Positions 52,758 through 63,192 of a stretch of DNA of 64,000 bases are shown here, piece by piece; positions within the stretch are counted from its first letter, which is position 1, and every line of letters begins with the position of its first letter. The notes under the pieces are model-generated. The model saw only the letters and a program-made list of their open reading frames with translations. It made no database searches and had not been told where the DNA came from. A program made the translations under genes and the position numbers. Source of the DNA: an uncultured Verrucomicrobiae bacterium (GTDB taxonomy: Bacteria; Verrucomicrobiota; Verrucomicrobiia; Chthoniobacterales; UBA10450); NCBI GenBank assembly GCA_963817335.1, contig CAWFNX010000001.1, positions 1,100,820 to 1,164,819 of the forward strand, read 5' to 3'.

Positions 52758-53342
52758 TTAAAACCGCCTCACTTCGACCGCAGGATTGCCGGCAACGATC
52801 GTGTTTGCAGGGACCGATTTCGTCACCACGGCACCGGCGGCGACCACTGAGTTGTCGCCGATGGTAACGCCTTTCAAGATCACGGCGTTCATTCCGATCC
52901 AAACGTTGTCTCCGATTTTTACCGGCGCGGTTTTCAGCTTCGGACGGGGCGGTCGATTTTTGAAAAATGGGGCGAGCGCCTGCGAATCAATCAGCCGCTG
53001 GGCAGGCTCGAGCGGATGAAAATCGGAATCGGCAATACCAACGCCCCACGAAATCAGACAGTGCGAACCGATCTCCACCAATTCTTCGGCCATGACAATG
53101 GCGCCGTTGAGAAGCGTGAAATCGCCGACAACGCAACGGCCGTCCTTTTGGATGGCGAATGAGCAACCGGCATAGACCGAGACATGATCGCCGAACACGA
53201 CCGCATGCGGCTTCCTGCTCAGCTGCTTTTTGAAAACCTGCGCGCTCTCACAGTAAAAGCCTTCACCGAAATCGACGTTGGCCGGGATGGGCTCCGGATA
53301 CCAATCGTCCTGAACATGTCGATCTTGGTTAACGTTGCTCAC
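52758..53342 (-). CDS. Hexapeptide-repeat (left-handed beta-helix) acyltransferase
   Basis: [46 protein letters not shown]. Confidence 0.8.
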   Translation of the reverse strand: MSNVNQDRHVQDDWYPEPIPANVDFGEGFYCESAQVFKKQLSRKPHAVVFGDHVSVYAGCSFAIQKDGRCVVGDFTLLNGAIVMAEELVEIGSHCLISWGVGIADSDFHPLEPAQRLIDSQALAPFFKNRPPRPKLKTAPVKIGDNVWIGMNAVILKGVTIGDNSVVAAGAVVTKSVPANTIVAGNPAVEVRRF

Positions 53343-55123
53343 CTTGGGAATTTTCCGGAAGTGAATAGTTTCGCGTAAACGCCGCCGCGCGCCAGCAACT
53401 CTGCGCCGCCTCCTTGTTCGACGACTCGTCCGTGTTCCAAAACCACGATTCGATCAACATCATGAATTGTCGCCAGTCGATGAGTGGCAATCAGGGTCGT
53501 CCGTCCGCGCATCAGTTCCTTGATCGTGTCCATGATCGCCGCCTCGGTTGTGGGATCGAGCGCGGAAGTTGGTTCGTCTAGCAGCAGAATGGGCGCGTTT
53601 TTCAAAAATGCGCGCGCGATTCCAATGCGTTGGCGCTGGCCGACGCTTAATTGCTGTCCGCGTTCGCCGACCGTGCTGCCGTAGCCATTCGGCATTCGGC
53701 TGATGAACTCGTCGGCTTGAGCGCGTTTCGCCGCGTCGACGATTTCCTCCTCGGTCGCATCCGGCCTGCCGTAGGCAATGTTTTCGCGGACCGTCGTCGA
53801 AAAGAGCAACGTATCTTGCAGGACGATTCCAATTTGGGCGCGCAACGATTTCTTTTTGATTTGGCGCACCTCGCGACCGTCGAGCGTTACCAATCCCGAA
53901 GTCGGATCGTAGAATCGCGGGACCAAGCTCAGGAGCGTGCTTTTGCCGGCGCCGGTGCCGCCAACAATCGCGATCATATGATTTGGTTCGACCGAAAGAT
54001 CGACGTCGTGCAAGACGGGCCGGTCCTGCGCGTAGCCAAACGATACACTTTGAAATCCGATCGCGCCTTTCGCCGACTCGATTGCGACCGCGTTCGGCGA
54101 ATCGACCACATCATCTGGTCGATCCAACACTTCGAAGCAACGTCTCGCGCCCGCAGTCGCTCCTTCCATCGCCCAGGTCGTGTAGGTGAGAGATTCGATC
54201 GGTTGATAGAGCATCAAAAGATACGCAGTGAAAACGAGCAAAGTTCCGAGGGTCAGGGTGCCGTTCAGAACGTGCAACGCTCCGACGTAATACATCGCCG
54301 CGGTGCCGATCACCATCAGCGTGCTGATGACCAGCGCGCTGTTCACGTTGGTCAGGGTTAGCCGCAAATTTGCCTGCAAGCTTTGCTCTGCTCGCTGATG
54401 AAATTGAAGGACTTCGAATTCTTCGCGGCCGAACGCATGCACCATGCGGATCGAGCTCAATCCTTCCTGAGCTTGGGTCAGAACTGCGCTTTCGTGTTCC
54501 TGAATGAAAGTTGATTCGCGTCGAATCCGGTGCGCGAAGAGATAAATCGCCGCGATGATGAACGGCACAATCGCGAGCGAGAGCAAGGTCAGTTGCCAAT
54601 CGAGCCGAATCATCACGGCGAATGTGCCGATCAAGGTGATGACCGATCCGAAGATTCCGGTGAAACCTTTGTTGTAGATCGTTTGGATCGATTGCGAATC
54701 GTAGGCCACCCGGAAACTCGAATCACTTGAGCGACGGACGTCGTGATACTTGAGCGAAAGCGATTGGAGATAGGCGTAGAGATCGGTCCGCAGTTTTAAC
54801 AGCGCCTGGAGACCGATCTTCACCAGCAAATAATTTGTCGCCCAGTTAATGACACCCCACAGGAATTGGATGATAACGAGGGAGAGACAGAGGATAGCGA
54901 TTGCAGCGTTAACTGAAAACGTGTGCTCGGTTGGGCCATTGATGAAGAGATGGATTTGGTTCACGCCCTTGCCGGCGACTGGCAAAACCTGATCGACGAT
55001 GATCTTGAACGGCCACGGTTTGAGCAGATTCAAACCGATGCCAACGATCGACAGCAACAATCCAACAATCGTTTGCGGAAGATATGGCCGATAATATCGA
55101 AGGACGCGACGGTAGATCGACAT
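53339..55123 (-). CDS. ABC exporter, fused permease/ATPase (MsbA-like)
   Basis: Six-TM N-terminal half, [36 protein letters not shown]. It overlaps the downstream acyltransferase gene by 4 nt. Confidence 0.9.
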   Translation of the reverse strand: MSIYRRVLRYYRPYLPQTIVGLLLSIVGIGLNLLKPWPFKIIVDQVLPVAGKGVNQIHLFINGPTEHTFSVNAAIAILCLSLVIIQFLWGVINWATNYLLVKIGLQALLKLRTDLYAYLQSLSLKYHDVRRSSDSSFRVAYDSQSIQTIYNKGFTGIFGSVITLIGTFAVMIRLDWQLTLLSLAIVPFIIAAIYLFAHRIRRESTFIQEHESAVLTQAQEGLSSIRMVHAFGREEFEVLQFHQRAEQSLQANLRLTLTNVNSALVISTLMVIGTAAMYYVGALHVLNGTLTLGTLLVFTAYLLMLYQPIESLTYTTWAMEGATAGARRCFEVLDRPDDVVDSPNAVAIESAKGAIGFQSVSFGYAQDRPVLHDVDLSVEPNHMIAIVGGTGAGKSTLLSLVPRFYDPTSGLVTLDGREVRQIKKKSLRAQIGIVLQDTLLFSTTVRENIAYGRPDATEEEIVDAAKRAQADEFISRMPNGYGSTVGERGQQLSVGQRQRIGIARAFLKNAPILLLDEPTSALDPTTEAAIMDTIKELMRGRTTLIATHRLATIHDVDRIVVLEHGRVVEQGGGAELLARGGVYAKLFTSGKFPR

Positions 55124-55213
55124 GTCGATTTTAGATTGCGGATTTCAAATTTCAGATTGAACTAGGCGGCACCCAACACGGAAAGGTTCTTCGACTTCGC
55201 CAAGAATGACAAT

Positions 55214-55843
55214 ATGCATCATCTGATTCAAATCTGGTCGGAATGGGTTGTGACCGGCGGTTATCTTGGGATCATCGTTTTGATGGCGATGGGAAGCACG
55301 CCGATCCCGTTACCGGCGGAAGTGGTGGTGCCGCCGGCTGCCTTCCTGGCGGCGCAGGGGCGTCTGAATCTCGCCGGCGTGATTTTGGCAAGCACGCTTG
55401 GTGCGTATCTGGGCGCGGCGGTGATGTATTGGCTTTCACTTTGGTTAGGTCGACCGTTAGTCGTTAAATTCGGCCGATTCATTCTATTCCCGCCGAAGAA
55501 ATTAGATGAAGCCGAGCATTGGCTCGTCCGTTACGAGGCGGGGGGAATCTTCTTTGCCCGACTTCTGCCAGGCGTCCGGCACCTGATTTCCATTCCGGCC
55601 GGGATCGTGCGGATGAATTTCAAGGTTTTCAGCTTTATGACCCTGCTTGGGTCGGCGATTTCCTGTTCAATCCTCGCTTATCTCGGGGTCAGGGCGCAGC
55701 GGGTTGCTCCCGATTTGCTGCAGGATCCGGAAGGATTGGTCCATTTTGTTCGAAGCCAAACGAAGTGGATATTCCTTGTAGTTGTCGCATTTGCAGTGCT
55801 TTACGTCTTATCGATGTGGCTTTCCAAGCGGAAAGCGGAATAA
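55214..55843 (+). CDS. DedA family membrane protein
   Basis: GYLGIIVLMAMGSTPIPLPAEVVVPPAAFLAAQG...RLLPGVRHLISIPAG. Confidence 0.8.
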   Translation: MHHLIQIWSEWVVTGGYLGIIVLMAMGSTPIPLPAEVVVPPAAFLAAQGRLNLAGVILASTLGAYLGAAVMYWLSLWLGRPLVVKFGRFILFPPKKLDEAEHWLVRYEAGGIFFARLLPGVRHLISIPAGIVRMNFKVFSFMTLLGSAISCSILAYLGVRAQRVAPDLLQDPEGLVHFVRSQTKWIFLVVVAFAVLYVLSMWLSKRKAE

Positions 55844-55931
55844 TCGTTGCGACCATGCGGCCACGGGCCCACCCGCAGCCGAACTAAGATTGAACACAGG
55901 CACCGAAGCTGCTGTCGAAGGACATACAGCA

Positions 55932-56114
55932 ATGAAAAAAAACAACCTCATCCTTAAGCCCCGAACCAAACTTTCGCTTGGCGATTTGATTCTTGCCGTC
56001 AGTTCGTGCACCAGCAACACCAAGGAGACGGTCGCGACCGTGGCTGACCTACTCGGCAGCGGCAAGGTGCGCCTCCAAAGCGACGGCAAATTCCTCCGCG
56101 CCAAAGTTTGCTAG
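55932..56114 (+). CDS. Hypothetical 60-aa protein
   Basis: ATG-initiated MKKNNLILKPRTKLSLGDLILAV..., followed by an intrinsic terminator. I recognised no family. Confidence 0.4.
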   Translation: MKKNNLILKPRTKLSLGDLILAVSSCTSNTKETVATVADLLGSGKVRLQSDGKFLRAKVC

Positions 56115-56139
56115 CCTAACAAACCGAATTTCTCGAAAT

Positions 56140-56175
56140 CGCTCCGGCGGATTGTCTGCCGGAGCGATTTTTTTT
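56140..56175 (+). terminator. Rho-independent terminator
   Basis: Stem cgctccggc / gccggagcg with a 9-nt loop, followed by a-tttttttt. Confidence 0.75.
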
Positions 56176-56223
56176 GCGCCACAAAAACACTTTCGCGTTT
56201 AATGCGACAAACTATCTTGCGGC

Positions 56224-57519
56224 GTGATTGACCGTTATTCCCGTCCGCAGATGCGACAGATCTGGTCGGACGAGCGCAAATATCAGATTTGGCTGGAGAT
56301 CGAGGTCCTGGCTTGCGAGGCGATGGCCGAGCTGGGCCAGATTCCGAAACAGGACGCCGCCGAAATTCGCAAAAAGGCGCGGTTCTCCATTCCAGAGATC
56401 CTTGAGATCGAAAAACGCACCAATCACGACGTCATCGCGTTCCTGGAAAATGTCGCGGGCTCGGTTGGTCCGGCAGCGCGCTGGATCCATCAAGGTCTGA
56501 CTTCATCCGATATCCTCGACACCACACTGTCCGTTCAAATGACCGAATCGATCAAGATTCTGGCAGACGATTTGAAACAAGTCCGCAACGTGATCGCGGC
56601 CCAGGCTCGTCGTTACAAAATGACCCCAATGATCGGACGCAGTCATGGCGTTCACGCGGAGCCGATCACATTTGGGTTGAAAATGGCATTGATGTTCGAC
56701 GAATTCGGTCGCGCGGAGGAGCGGCTGGACCAAACCCGTGAACGCGTTCGTGTCGGCAAGATCAGCGGCGCAGTCGGCACTCATGCCCACGTCGACCCAA
56801 AAGTTGAGCGCGCGGTGTGCGAAAAGCTCGGACTCAAACCGGCGACGTTGTCGACGCAAATTGTACAACGAGACCGGCACGCAGAATTCATGACCACGCT
56901 TGCGGTGATTGCGTCGAGCATCGACCGCTGGGCGACGGAGTTTCGTCACCTTCAACGGACCGAAGTTTTGGAGGTGGAGGAATACTTTGGAGAAGGCCAG
57001 AAGGGCAGCTCGGCCATGCCGCACAAGCGCAACCCCATCACCAGCGAGCGTCTGAGCGGCCTCGCTCGAGTCATCCGCGGAAACGCGCTGGTTGCGCTGG
57101 AAAATGTCGCGCTATGGCACGAACGCGACATCAGTCATTCGAGTGCGGAGCGAATCATTCTGCCCGATTCGTGCATTTTGATGGACTTCATGCTGCATGA
57201 GTTGCGCAATCTCGTCGAACGGCTGCAGGTTTATCCGGAACGGATGCAGCAAAATCTCGAGTTAACGAAAGGTTTGTATAACAGCCAATCGATTTTGCTC
57301 GCCCTCACTCGCGCCGGCGCGGAACGCAAATCCGCTTACGAAGCGGTTCAACGCGCTGCGATGAAAACTTGGAAAGGTGAGGGGAATTTCGCCGAGAACG
57401 CGAAAAAAGAACCCGAAATCACGGCCAAACTTTCCGGCCCGGAAATCGATCGGCTCTGTTCGCTCGACACCCATTTCCAACACGTCGAGGAAACATTCAA
57501 AGCACTCGGCCTCGATTAG
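56224..57519 (+). CDS. purB: Adenylosuccinate lyase
   Basis: GSSAMPHKRNP signature, SSDILDT, 431 aa, GTG start. Confidence 0.9.
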   Translation: MIDRYSRPQMRQIWSDERKYQIWLEIEVLACEAMAELGQIPKQDAAEIRKKARFSIPEILEIEKRTNHDVIAFLENVAGSVGPAARWIHQGLTSSDILDTTLSVQMTESIKILADDLKQVRNVIAAQARRYKMTPMIGRSHGVHAEPITFGLKMALMFDEFGRAEERLDQTRERVRVGKISGAVGTHAHVDPKVERAVCEKLGLKPATLSTQIVQRDRHAEFMTTLAVIASSIDRWATEFRHLQRTEVLEVEEYFGEGQKGSSAMPHKRNPITSERLSGLARVIRGNALVALENVALWHERDISHSSAERIILPDSCILMDFMLHELRNLVERLQVYPERMQQNLELTKGLYNSQSILLALTRAGAERKSAYEAVQRAAMKTWKGEGNFAENAKKEPEITAKLSGPEIDRLCSLDTHFQHVEETFKALGLD

Positions 57520-59567
57520 CGCCCCTGTCTGATAGGACTTAAGAGAAGTTCGGCAATTCGCCCGGTACTGTCGAGTTTTTCGACCCGCATTTCGAATTTC
57601 GCCGCCGTCTGTTCCGGCGCTTTTGGGTTCAGGGTGATTCGAACCGCATTCGTCGGCCAATCCAGGATCAACTGCGCTACTTGAAAGTTCGAGGTCAACT
57701 CAACCGCGCTCAATTCGAGATGGGCGATTAACTCCATCGTCATCGGAGTGGTCCCGGCAGGCGTGAGCTGGACCCGGACGCGGGTGTCATTTGGTATGAC
57801 TGCGACGCCGCCGATTTCAAACGCATTTCGCATTTGTGCCGGCTGCAGAGGCTTCGAAGTGGGCATCAACCGAAGCGCCGAAATGCGCCCTTCGCCGCTG
57901 AATTTCGCCGGCCCAATTTGAAATCCTGTTTCGGCAGGAATCGCGTTACGGGCTGCGGCTGATTGCAACCGGAGCGAAGCGGTCAAGGAAGCCGGTCGTG
58001 CGCGAATTGCGCCCATCTGCAGTTGCGAGGTCAACTGCATGGAAAGCACTTCGAGGAAAAGACCAAGTATAGCGCCGTTGCCATCAGTCGGTGCAATCCG
58101 GACCGCGGGAGGGCTGATTGGTGCCGTAGCATGTCGCTCGAAATGGGCCTGAGCTGGAGCAAGCGTGGGAGATGTAACAACCCTCGCCGCTGGTTCGGGA
58201 GGAGCGATCTTCTCTTCCAACTTAACTGGTGTTGGAGCTGGAGGTGCAGCCACTGGCTCGTGCCGGACCCGGCGTCTTGGCTCCCGCGAAATCGCTTGCC
58301 TCGGCGGTGGTGAGGGTGGTGGAGGGAGAATCGGTTCTGGCGCGATTTCCTGTTTTGGCGGCGGTGGCGCAATCGGTTCGATGATCGGCGAGTAAACCGG
58401 CTGCGGTGGAGCTCTCTCGACCATTGGTCTGTCGCCAGCCAGAGTTCGTTGGACGAGCTCGACCAGCGCGTCCGATAGAAATGGTTTTTCGATGGTTGCG
58501 ACGACGTTTGGGAACCGGGCCGCGGTGGCGTCCATCTGTTGAACGTGACCGGACATCATGAGAACCGGGATGTGCGCTGTCTGTTGATTTTCCAACAGCC
58601 GCCGGCAAACCTCGTCGCCGTTGAAATCGGGCAGGCTGTAGTCGAGGAGAACGAGATCCGGATCAACCTGCTCAATTTCGAGTAAACCTTCGCTTCCGCT
58701 CATCGCGGTTGTGATTTGCCAATTCGGGTCGGCGCCTGCCAGAATGTCCTCCACAAAAATCAGCAGCATCTCGGTATCGTCGACGACGACGATTTTCTTT
58801 CCTGTCTTCGGCTCAGCTACCGGCGGTTGCGGTTCCGCGGGTTCCGAAATTTCCGGCTGAGATTCGCGTAACGCTTCGATAATTAAAGCCGGCCATTCAT
58901 TTCCAATTGTTCGACGCTGCTCTCCGGAAAGCCGTCTTTCGCTGAGACGAACTTTGGGCCAGTTCAAAATCTCGGCGAGAGCGTCCTCGCCTTTGCGTTT
59001 GCCCGCTTCAGCGTGTGAGATCCGCCCGGCTGCGATATGAATTTCGCCAACTCGGGCGCGAGAACGGACCTCAAGAATGAGGTTGGCGCCAGCCGCGCAA
59101 TGCAGCAACAAAACGTCAATTGTACTGAGCGCGCGCAAGCTGCCCCGGCCTTCCTTTTCTCGCCAGGGGCCGAGCAACGCCTGCACCGCGGCGCCGAACG
59201 CGGCCAGTTCGAACGGCTTTTCAACGAATTGGAGACCACCGTAAGATCCGCGTTCAGTGGCGATTTCTGGAGGGATCGCGGTTCCGATTACAAGAACGCG
59301 CGCGTCGGGATGCGACACGCGGAGTTGTTCAAGACAAGTCGTGATCCCAGCCCAGGGCGGGTCTACATCCAGGATGAAGAGCTCAGGACTTGATCCCCCG
59401 CTGAGCTTTTCCAGTTCCTTAACCGACCGGGCGATGGCTCCGACGTGTCGCGGCGCAAATTTTCTCAGCGCGGAACTGATCGCGGCGGCCAATGCACCGT
59501 ACTCCTCGAGCAGGATGATGTTTGGCTGCGATACGCCTGTATTAGTGGATTTGGGACGAGCCGGCAC
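57516..59567 (-). CDS. Multi-domain response regulator (atypical REC, DUF4388-like, canonical REC, Pro-rich linker, unknown C-terminal domain)
   Basis: The second receiver has KKIVVVDDTEMLL...DLVLLDYSLPDFNG...PVLMMSGH...KPF. The DUF4388-like segment has GSLRALSTIDVLLLHCAAGANLILEV. The linker has PPPPKQEIAPEPILPPPPSPPP. I did not recognise the ~200-aa C-terminal region. Confidence 0.75.
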   Translation of the reverse strand: MPARPKSTNTGVSQPNIILLEEYGALAAAISSALRKFAPRHVGAIARSVKELEKLSGGSSPELFILDVDPPWAGITTCLEQLRVSHPDARVLVIGTAIPPEIATERGSYGGLQFVEKPFELAAFGAAVQALLGPWREKEGRGSLRALSTIDVLLLHCAAGANLILEVRSRARVGEIHIAAGRISHAEAGKRKGEDALAEILNWPKVRLSERRLSGEQRRTIGNEWPALIIEALRESQPEISEPAEPQPPVAEPKTGKKIVVVDDTEMLLIFVEDILAGADPNWQITTAMSGSEGLLEIEQVDPDLVLLDYSLPDFNGDEVCRRLLENQQTAHIPVLMMSGHVQQMDATAARFPNVVATIEKPFLSDALVELVQRTLAGDRPMVERAPPQPVYSPIIEPIAPPPPKQEIAPEPILPPPPSPPPRQAISREPRRRVRHEPVAAPPAPTPVKLEEKIAPPEPAARVVTSPTLAPAQAHFERHATAPISPPAVRIAPTDGNGAILGLFLEVLSMQLTSQLQMGAIRARPASLTASLRLQSAAARNAIPAETGFQIGPAKFSGEGRISALRLMPTSKPLQPAQMRNAFEIGGVAVIPNDTRVRVQLTPAGTTPMTMELIAHLELSAVELTSNFQVAQLILDWPTNAVRITLNPKAPEQTAAKFEMRVEKLDSTGRIAELLLSPIRQGR

Positions 59568-59672
59568 CTGGTAAAGCCCTCAAAATTTCTAAGGTACGAC
59601 AAAGCGGAAGCGCTGGTCAAAGGGAAGCGGTGCGTTTGTGCGTTTTCGCCGCCGCCGCCGGCTGACTCAGCC

Positions 59673-60914
59673 TTACTCGTAGCGCAGCGCGTCGATCGGA
59701 TCGAGGCTGGCCGCCCGATAGGCAGGGTAAAGGCCGAAACCGATGCCTATGGCCGAACACACGACCAGGCCCGCGATTGCCCAACCGAAGGGAAAAATCA
59801 CGTCGACCTTCAGCCAGACAGCCAGCAAATCGCCGACGATGATGCCAAGGACAATCCCCAAAATCCCGCCTGCCTCGGAAATGAAAACCGCCTCGGTCAG
59901 AAACTGTCGCAAGATATCGTGGCTGCGCGCCCCGATCGATTTTCGCACACCGATTTCTTTTGTTCGCTCGGTCACGCTCACCAGCATGATGTTCATGATT
60001 CCAATGCCCGCGGCCACTAGGGCGATGAAACTGATCACAAACGCGCCCACTCGGACAATTCCAGCAACCGAAACGAACGCGCTCTTGAGTGAGTCGTTGG
60101 AATAAATTTCGAAGTCGTTTTCGTCATTCGCTCGCAACCCCCGCGCGATCCGCATCGCGCCGACTGCTCTGTCGAATGTGGCATTGTAAGTTTCAGTCGA
60201 CGGGGCCTGGGTTGCGATGTTCACGGTGCGCCTGGCCGATCCAAAATCTTCAAAGAATCGCGTGATTGGCATCATGCAGATGTTGTCCTGGCTCTGGCCA
60301 AACGCCGTTCCCTTCTCCGCCAGGATTCCAATGATCGTGTAGGTATGACCGCTGACCCGGACGGTTTTGCCGATCGGCGATTCATGGGGGAATAATCGGT
60401 TTTCGACCATTTTGCCGACGACTATTACGTTGCGGGCAAGATCGACGTCTTCATCGTTAAGATTTCGGCCGTAACCCAGGGTGTAGGCGTTAGCGGTGAG
60501 GAAACTGCGATTGGTCCCGACCATGAGCAGGCTCGGGGTCGTCTTTACGCCGTTGTAAACGGCCTGGCCCTTCACCTCGTAACCGAAACACTTCAGACAA
60601 ATCTCGCGCGCGTTGCCTTCCATCAGTTTTTGGTAATGCAGCGCCTGTTGATAGGTGATGTTGCGGCGGTTCTGATATTTTTTCTTTACGTCGCCCCCCG
60701 CGCTCATGTTCGCCGGATATTTCGCGAACTGAAAAATGTTCGAACCCAGGAAGCTGATGCCATTCTCGATCGCGTATTGGAGCGCGCCGATCGCGGTCAT
60801 GACCGAGATGACAGAAAAGACGCCGATGGTGATTCCAAACATCGTTAGGCCGGAACGCAGTTTGTTCACGCCCAACGAGCCCAAAGCCATCGTGATGATT
60901 TCGCTAAATCGCAT
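59673..60914 (-). CDS. ABC transporter permease, MacB/FtsX-like
   Basis: N-terminal TM, a large periplasmic domain, and a C-terminal FtsX-type three-TM bundle with ERTKEIGVRKSIGA. Confidence 0.85.
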   Translation of the reverse strand: MRFSEIITMALGSLGVNKLRSGLTMFGITIGVFSVISVMTAIGALQYAIENGISFLGSNIFQFAKYPANMSAGGDVKKKYQNRRNITYQQALHYQKLMEGNAREICLKCFGYEVKGQAVYNGVKTTPSLLMVGTNRSFLTANAYTLGYGRNLNDEDVDLARNVIVVGKMVENRLFPHESPIGKTVRVSGHTYTIIGILAEKGTAFGQSQDNICMMPITRFFEDFGSARRTVNIATQAPSTETYNATFDRAVGAMRIARGLRANDENDFEIYSNDSLKSAFVSVAGIVRVGAFVISFIALVAAGIGIMNIMLVSVTERTKEIGVRKSIGARSHDILRQFLTEAVFISEAGGILGIVLGIIVGDLLAVWLKVDVIFPFGWAIAGLVVCSAIGIGFGLYPAYRAASLDPIDALRYE

Positions 60915-60920
60915 AAGTCA

Positions 60921-61087
60921 AAAATTCGAATCTCGAAATCCGAAACAAATTCGAAATCTAAAATCCAAATTCATTTCCGATTTTGCCTACGATTGACCCG
61001 AAGATTTTCATCAACGTCGTTGCATGGGTTGGGGGATTTTTGAGTTTCGGTATTCGAATTTGTTTCGATATTCGGTATTCGAATTTC
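60921..61087. repeat. k-mer-built (ttcgaa/aaat) imperfect inverted repeat between the two permease genes
   Basis: The left arm at 60921-60957 and the right arm at 61046-61087 share a perfect 15-nt core cgaaacaaattcgaa (as its reverse complement). The arms are ~38 nt and the spacer ~88 nt. Confidence 0.7.
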
Positions 61088-62370
61088 TATTCATATCTAA
61101 GTGCGGTAACTGGATCGAGTCGCGACGCAGTCCACGCGGGCGCGAAACCGGAAATTAATCCCGTTAGCACCGAGACGATCATGCTGGCGACAACGAGGCC
61201 GAGCGAAAACTGGATTGGGAATGACGGGAAAGCTTTGCCGATTCCGAAGCAGAGAAGATAAGCGACGGCGAGCCCGATAAATCCCCCCAACAAACAAAGC
61301 GCGGTCGATTCGATCAAAAACTGCAACAGAATGGTGCGTCGCCGCGCTCCCAGCGCTTTGCGTGTTCCAATTTCCTTGGTCCGCTCCTTCACGCTCACAA
61401 AGGTGATGTTCATGATTCCGATCGCGCCGACAAAGAGCGATAATCCGGTGATAAAAAGTCCGGCGATTGCGATCGTATTTTTCACCGGATCGAGCGTGCT
61501 CTTGAATGCTTGTTGTTCGTTAATCGAAAAATCGTCCTTCTTTTCGGGCGAGAGACCGCGGAGACGGCGCATAATTCCGGTAAGCTCGTCTTTCGCTTCA
61601 GCCAATTTCTTTTTGTCTTTAACTTTCACTCGCACGTCTGACTCGGTTGACGTTGCGCCAGGCCGTGCGTCTGACGCGCTTTTCGAGCTGAAGTATTTGT
61701 TAAAAGCCGTCAACGGTAACGCGACCATCGAATCCCAGCTGAACAGTCCAAGAAAGGTTCCTTGCCGGGCGTTCACGCCGATAACCTTAAAATTCTGTCC
61801 GTTGATCAGAACAGTTTGGTTGATCGGACTCTCCGACGGGAACAACGCGTCGGCCACGTCGTACCCAATCACCACAACTTGGGCGCCTTCGCGCGATTCG
61901 ATCTCGTTGAAGAAGCGACCTTCTTTGCAATCGATCGTGGACGTCAGGGTGAAATCCGAAGTCGTCCCAAGAGTAAAAACGCCGTCCACTTCGTTGCCCC
62001 CGTGTTTGATCGAGCGCATCAGGCTGGAAGTCGGCACCGCGACGATGAGATTTGAATTCGGCGTGGCGGACATGACCCGATTGATCTTGTCCGCGTAATC
62101 CGTCTCGATTTTTTTCCGATCGCGATAGTTCCACCAATCGTCCACCGGTTTCCATGGCCATTGGGTGACGTAAAGGACATCATCGCCGAGCACGGACATG
62201 CTGTTGTCGAACCCAATAGAAATTCCGCTGATCGCCGTGCCCATCAATGTGACCGCGACGATGCCAATGATGACGCCAAGCGCAGTCAGGGTCGATCGTG
62301 TCATGTTCGAGCGCATCTGCGCAGCAGCGATCTTCCAGCTTTCTTCCAACTCGTAGAGAAAGCGTTTCAT
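61087..62370 (-). CDS. ABC transporter permease, MacB/FtsX-like
   Basis: The same architecture as 59673-60914, with ERTKEIGTRKALGA. Confidence 0.85.
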   Translation of the reverse strand: MKRFLYELEESWKIAAAQMRSNMTRSTLTALGVIIGIVAVTLMGTAISGISIGFDNSMSVLGDDVLYVTQWPWKPVDDWWNYRDRKKIETDYADKINRVMSATPNSNLIVAVPTSSLMRSIKHGGNEVDGVFTLGTTSDFTLTSTIDCKEGRFFNEIESREGAQVVVIGYDVADALFPSESPINQTVLINGQNFKVIGVNARQGTFLGLFSWDSMVALPLTAFNKYFSSKSASDARPGATSTESDVRVKVKDKKKLAEAKDELTGIMRRLRGLSPEKKDDFSINEQQAFKSTLDPVKNTIAIAGLFITGLSLFVGAIGIMNITFVSVKERTKEIGTRKALGARRRTILLQFLIESTALCLLGGFIGLAVAYLLCFGIGKAFPSFPIQFSLGLVVASMIVSVLTGLISGFAPAWTASRLDPVTALRYE

Positions 62371-62375
62371 CTGAA

Positions 62376-63116
62376 TCAGCTCGCAACGGCTGTATCGAGC
62401 TCGGGCATGAATCCCACGTGATCCGTTTCGATCAGACCATCGCGAAGATGAATCGGCCGGCGGGCATGCGCGGCAATGTCGCGTTCGTGGGTGACCAGGA
62501 TGATTGTGTTGCCGCGCAGATAAAGGTCTTCGAGCAGCGCCATGATCTCTTCGCCGGTTTTCGAATCAAGATTGCCGGTCGGCTCGTCGGCCAGAATGAT
62601 CGACGGGTTGTTGACCAGAGCGCGCGCGATCGCCACCCGCTGGCGTTGTCCGCCGGACAATTCGTTAGGCTTATGATGAATGCGGTCGCCCAGGCCGACA
62701 TCAATCAGCGCCTGTTCGGCGCGCTGTCGGCGCGTGTCGGGATCCATGCCCGCGTAGATCAAAGGAAGCTCGACATTACGCAACGCGTTGGCGCGCGGAA
62801 GCAGATTGAACGTTTGAAAAACAAAGCCGATCTCCCGATTACGAATTGCCGCCAGCTCGTCGTCGTCCATTTCCTTGACGTTGCGCCCGTTGAACTCGTA
62901 CCGGCCGGAGCTCGGAGTATCGAGACAACCAAGCATGTTCATCAAAGTGGATTTGCCGCTACCGCTTGGGCCCATGACCGCGAGATATTCGTTTCGCCGA
63001 ATTTGTAACGTCACGCCACGCAACGCGCGCACGATCTCTTCGCCCATCACGTATTCCTTCGTGATGTTCTCAATATCGATGACAACGGGCCCTGCGGGCC
63101 GAGTGACGAGTGACAT
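62376..63116 (-). CDS. ABC transporter ATP-binding protein (MacB/LolD-type)
   Basis: [39 protein letters not shown]. The first codons (MSLVT) are encoded by a GAGTGAC-type repeat. Confidence 0.9.
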   Translation of the reverse strand: MSLVTRPAGPVVIDIENITKEYVMGEEIVRALRGVTLQIRRNEYLAVMGPSGSGKSTLMNMLGCLDTPSSGRYEFNGRNVKEMDDDELAAIRNREIGFVFQTFNLLPRANALRNVELPLIYAGMDPDTRRQRAEQALIDVGLGDRIHHKPNELSGGQRQRVAIARALVNNPSIILADEPTGNLDSKTGEEIMALLEDLYLRGNTIILVTHERDIAAHARRPIHLRDGLIETDHVGFMPELDTAVAS

Positions 63117-63128
63117 GTCAGTGCAGAC

Positions 63129-63192
63129 GTGATCAGTGACCAGTGATCAGTGACCAGACGAACCTGATCACTGGCCACTGTTCACTGGTCAC
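63129..63192. repeat. GTGAC/GTCAC k-mer hairpin between the adaptor and ATPase genes
   Basis: gtgatcagtgaccagtgatcagtgaccag (63129-63157) is partly complementary to ctgatcactggccactgttcactggtcac (63164-63192). The 3' arm contains the TGA stop of the adaptor gene. Confidence 0.75.

Noticed and set aside
57963-58608. Plus- and minus-strand ORFs of 76-128 aa within the response-regulator gene
   Set aside because: They arise from the GC- and Pro-codon-rich linker region, which reads open in several frames. The regulator frame is continuous and carries the receiver motifs on both sides.
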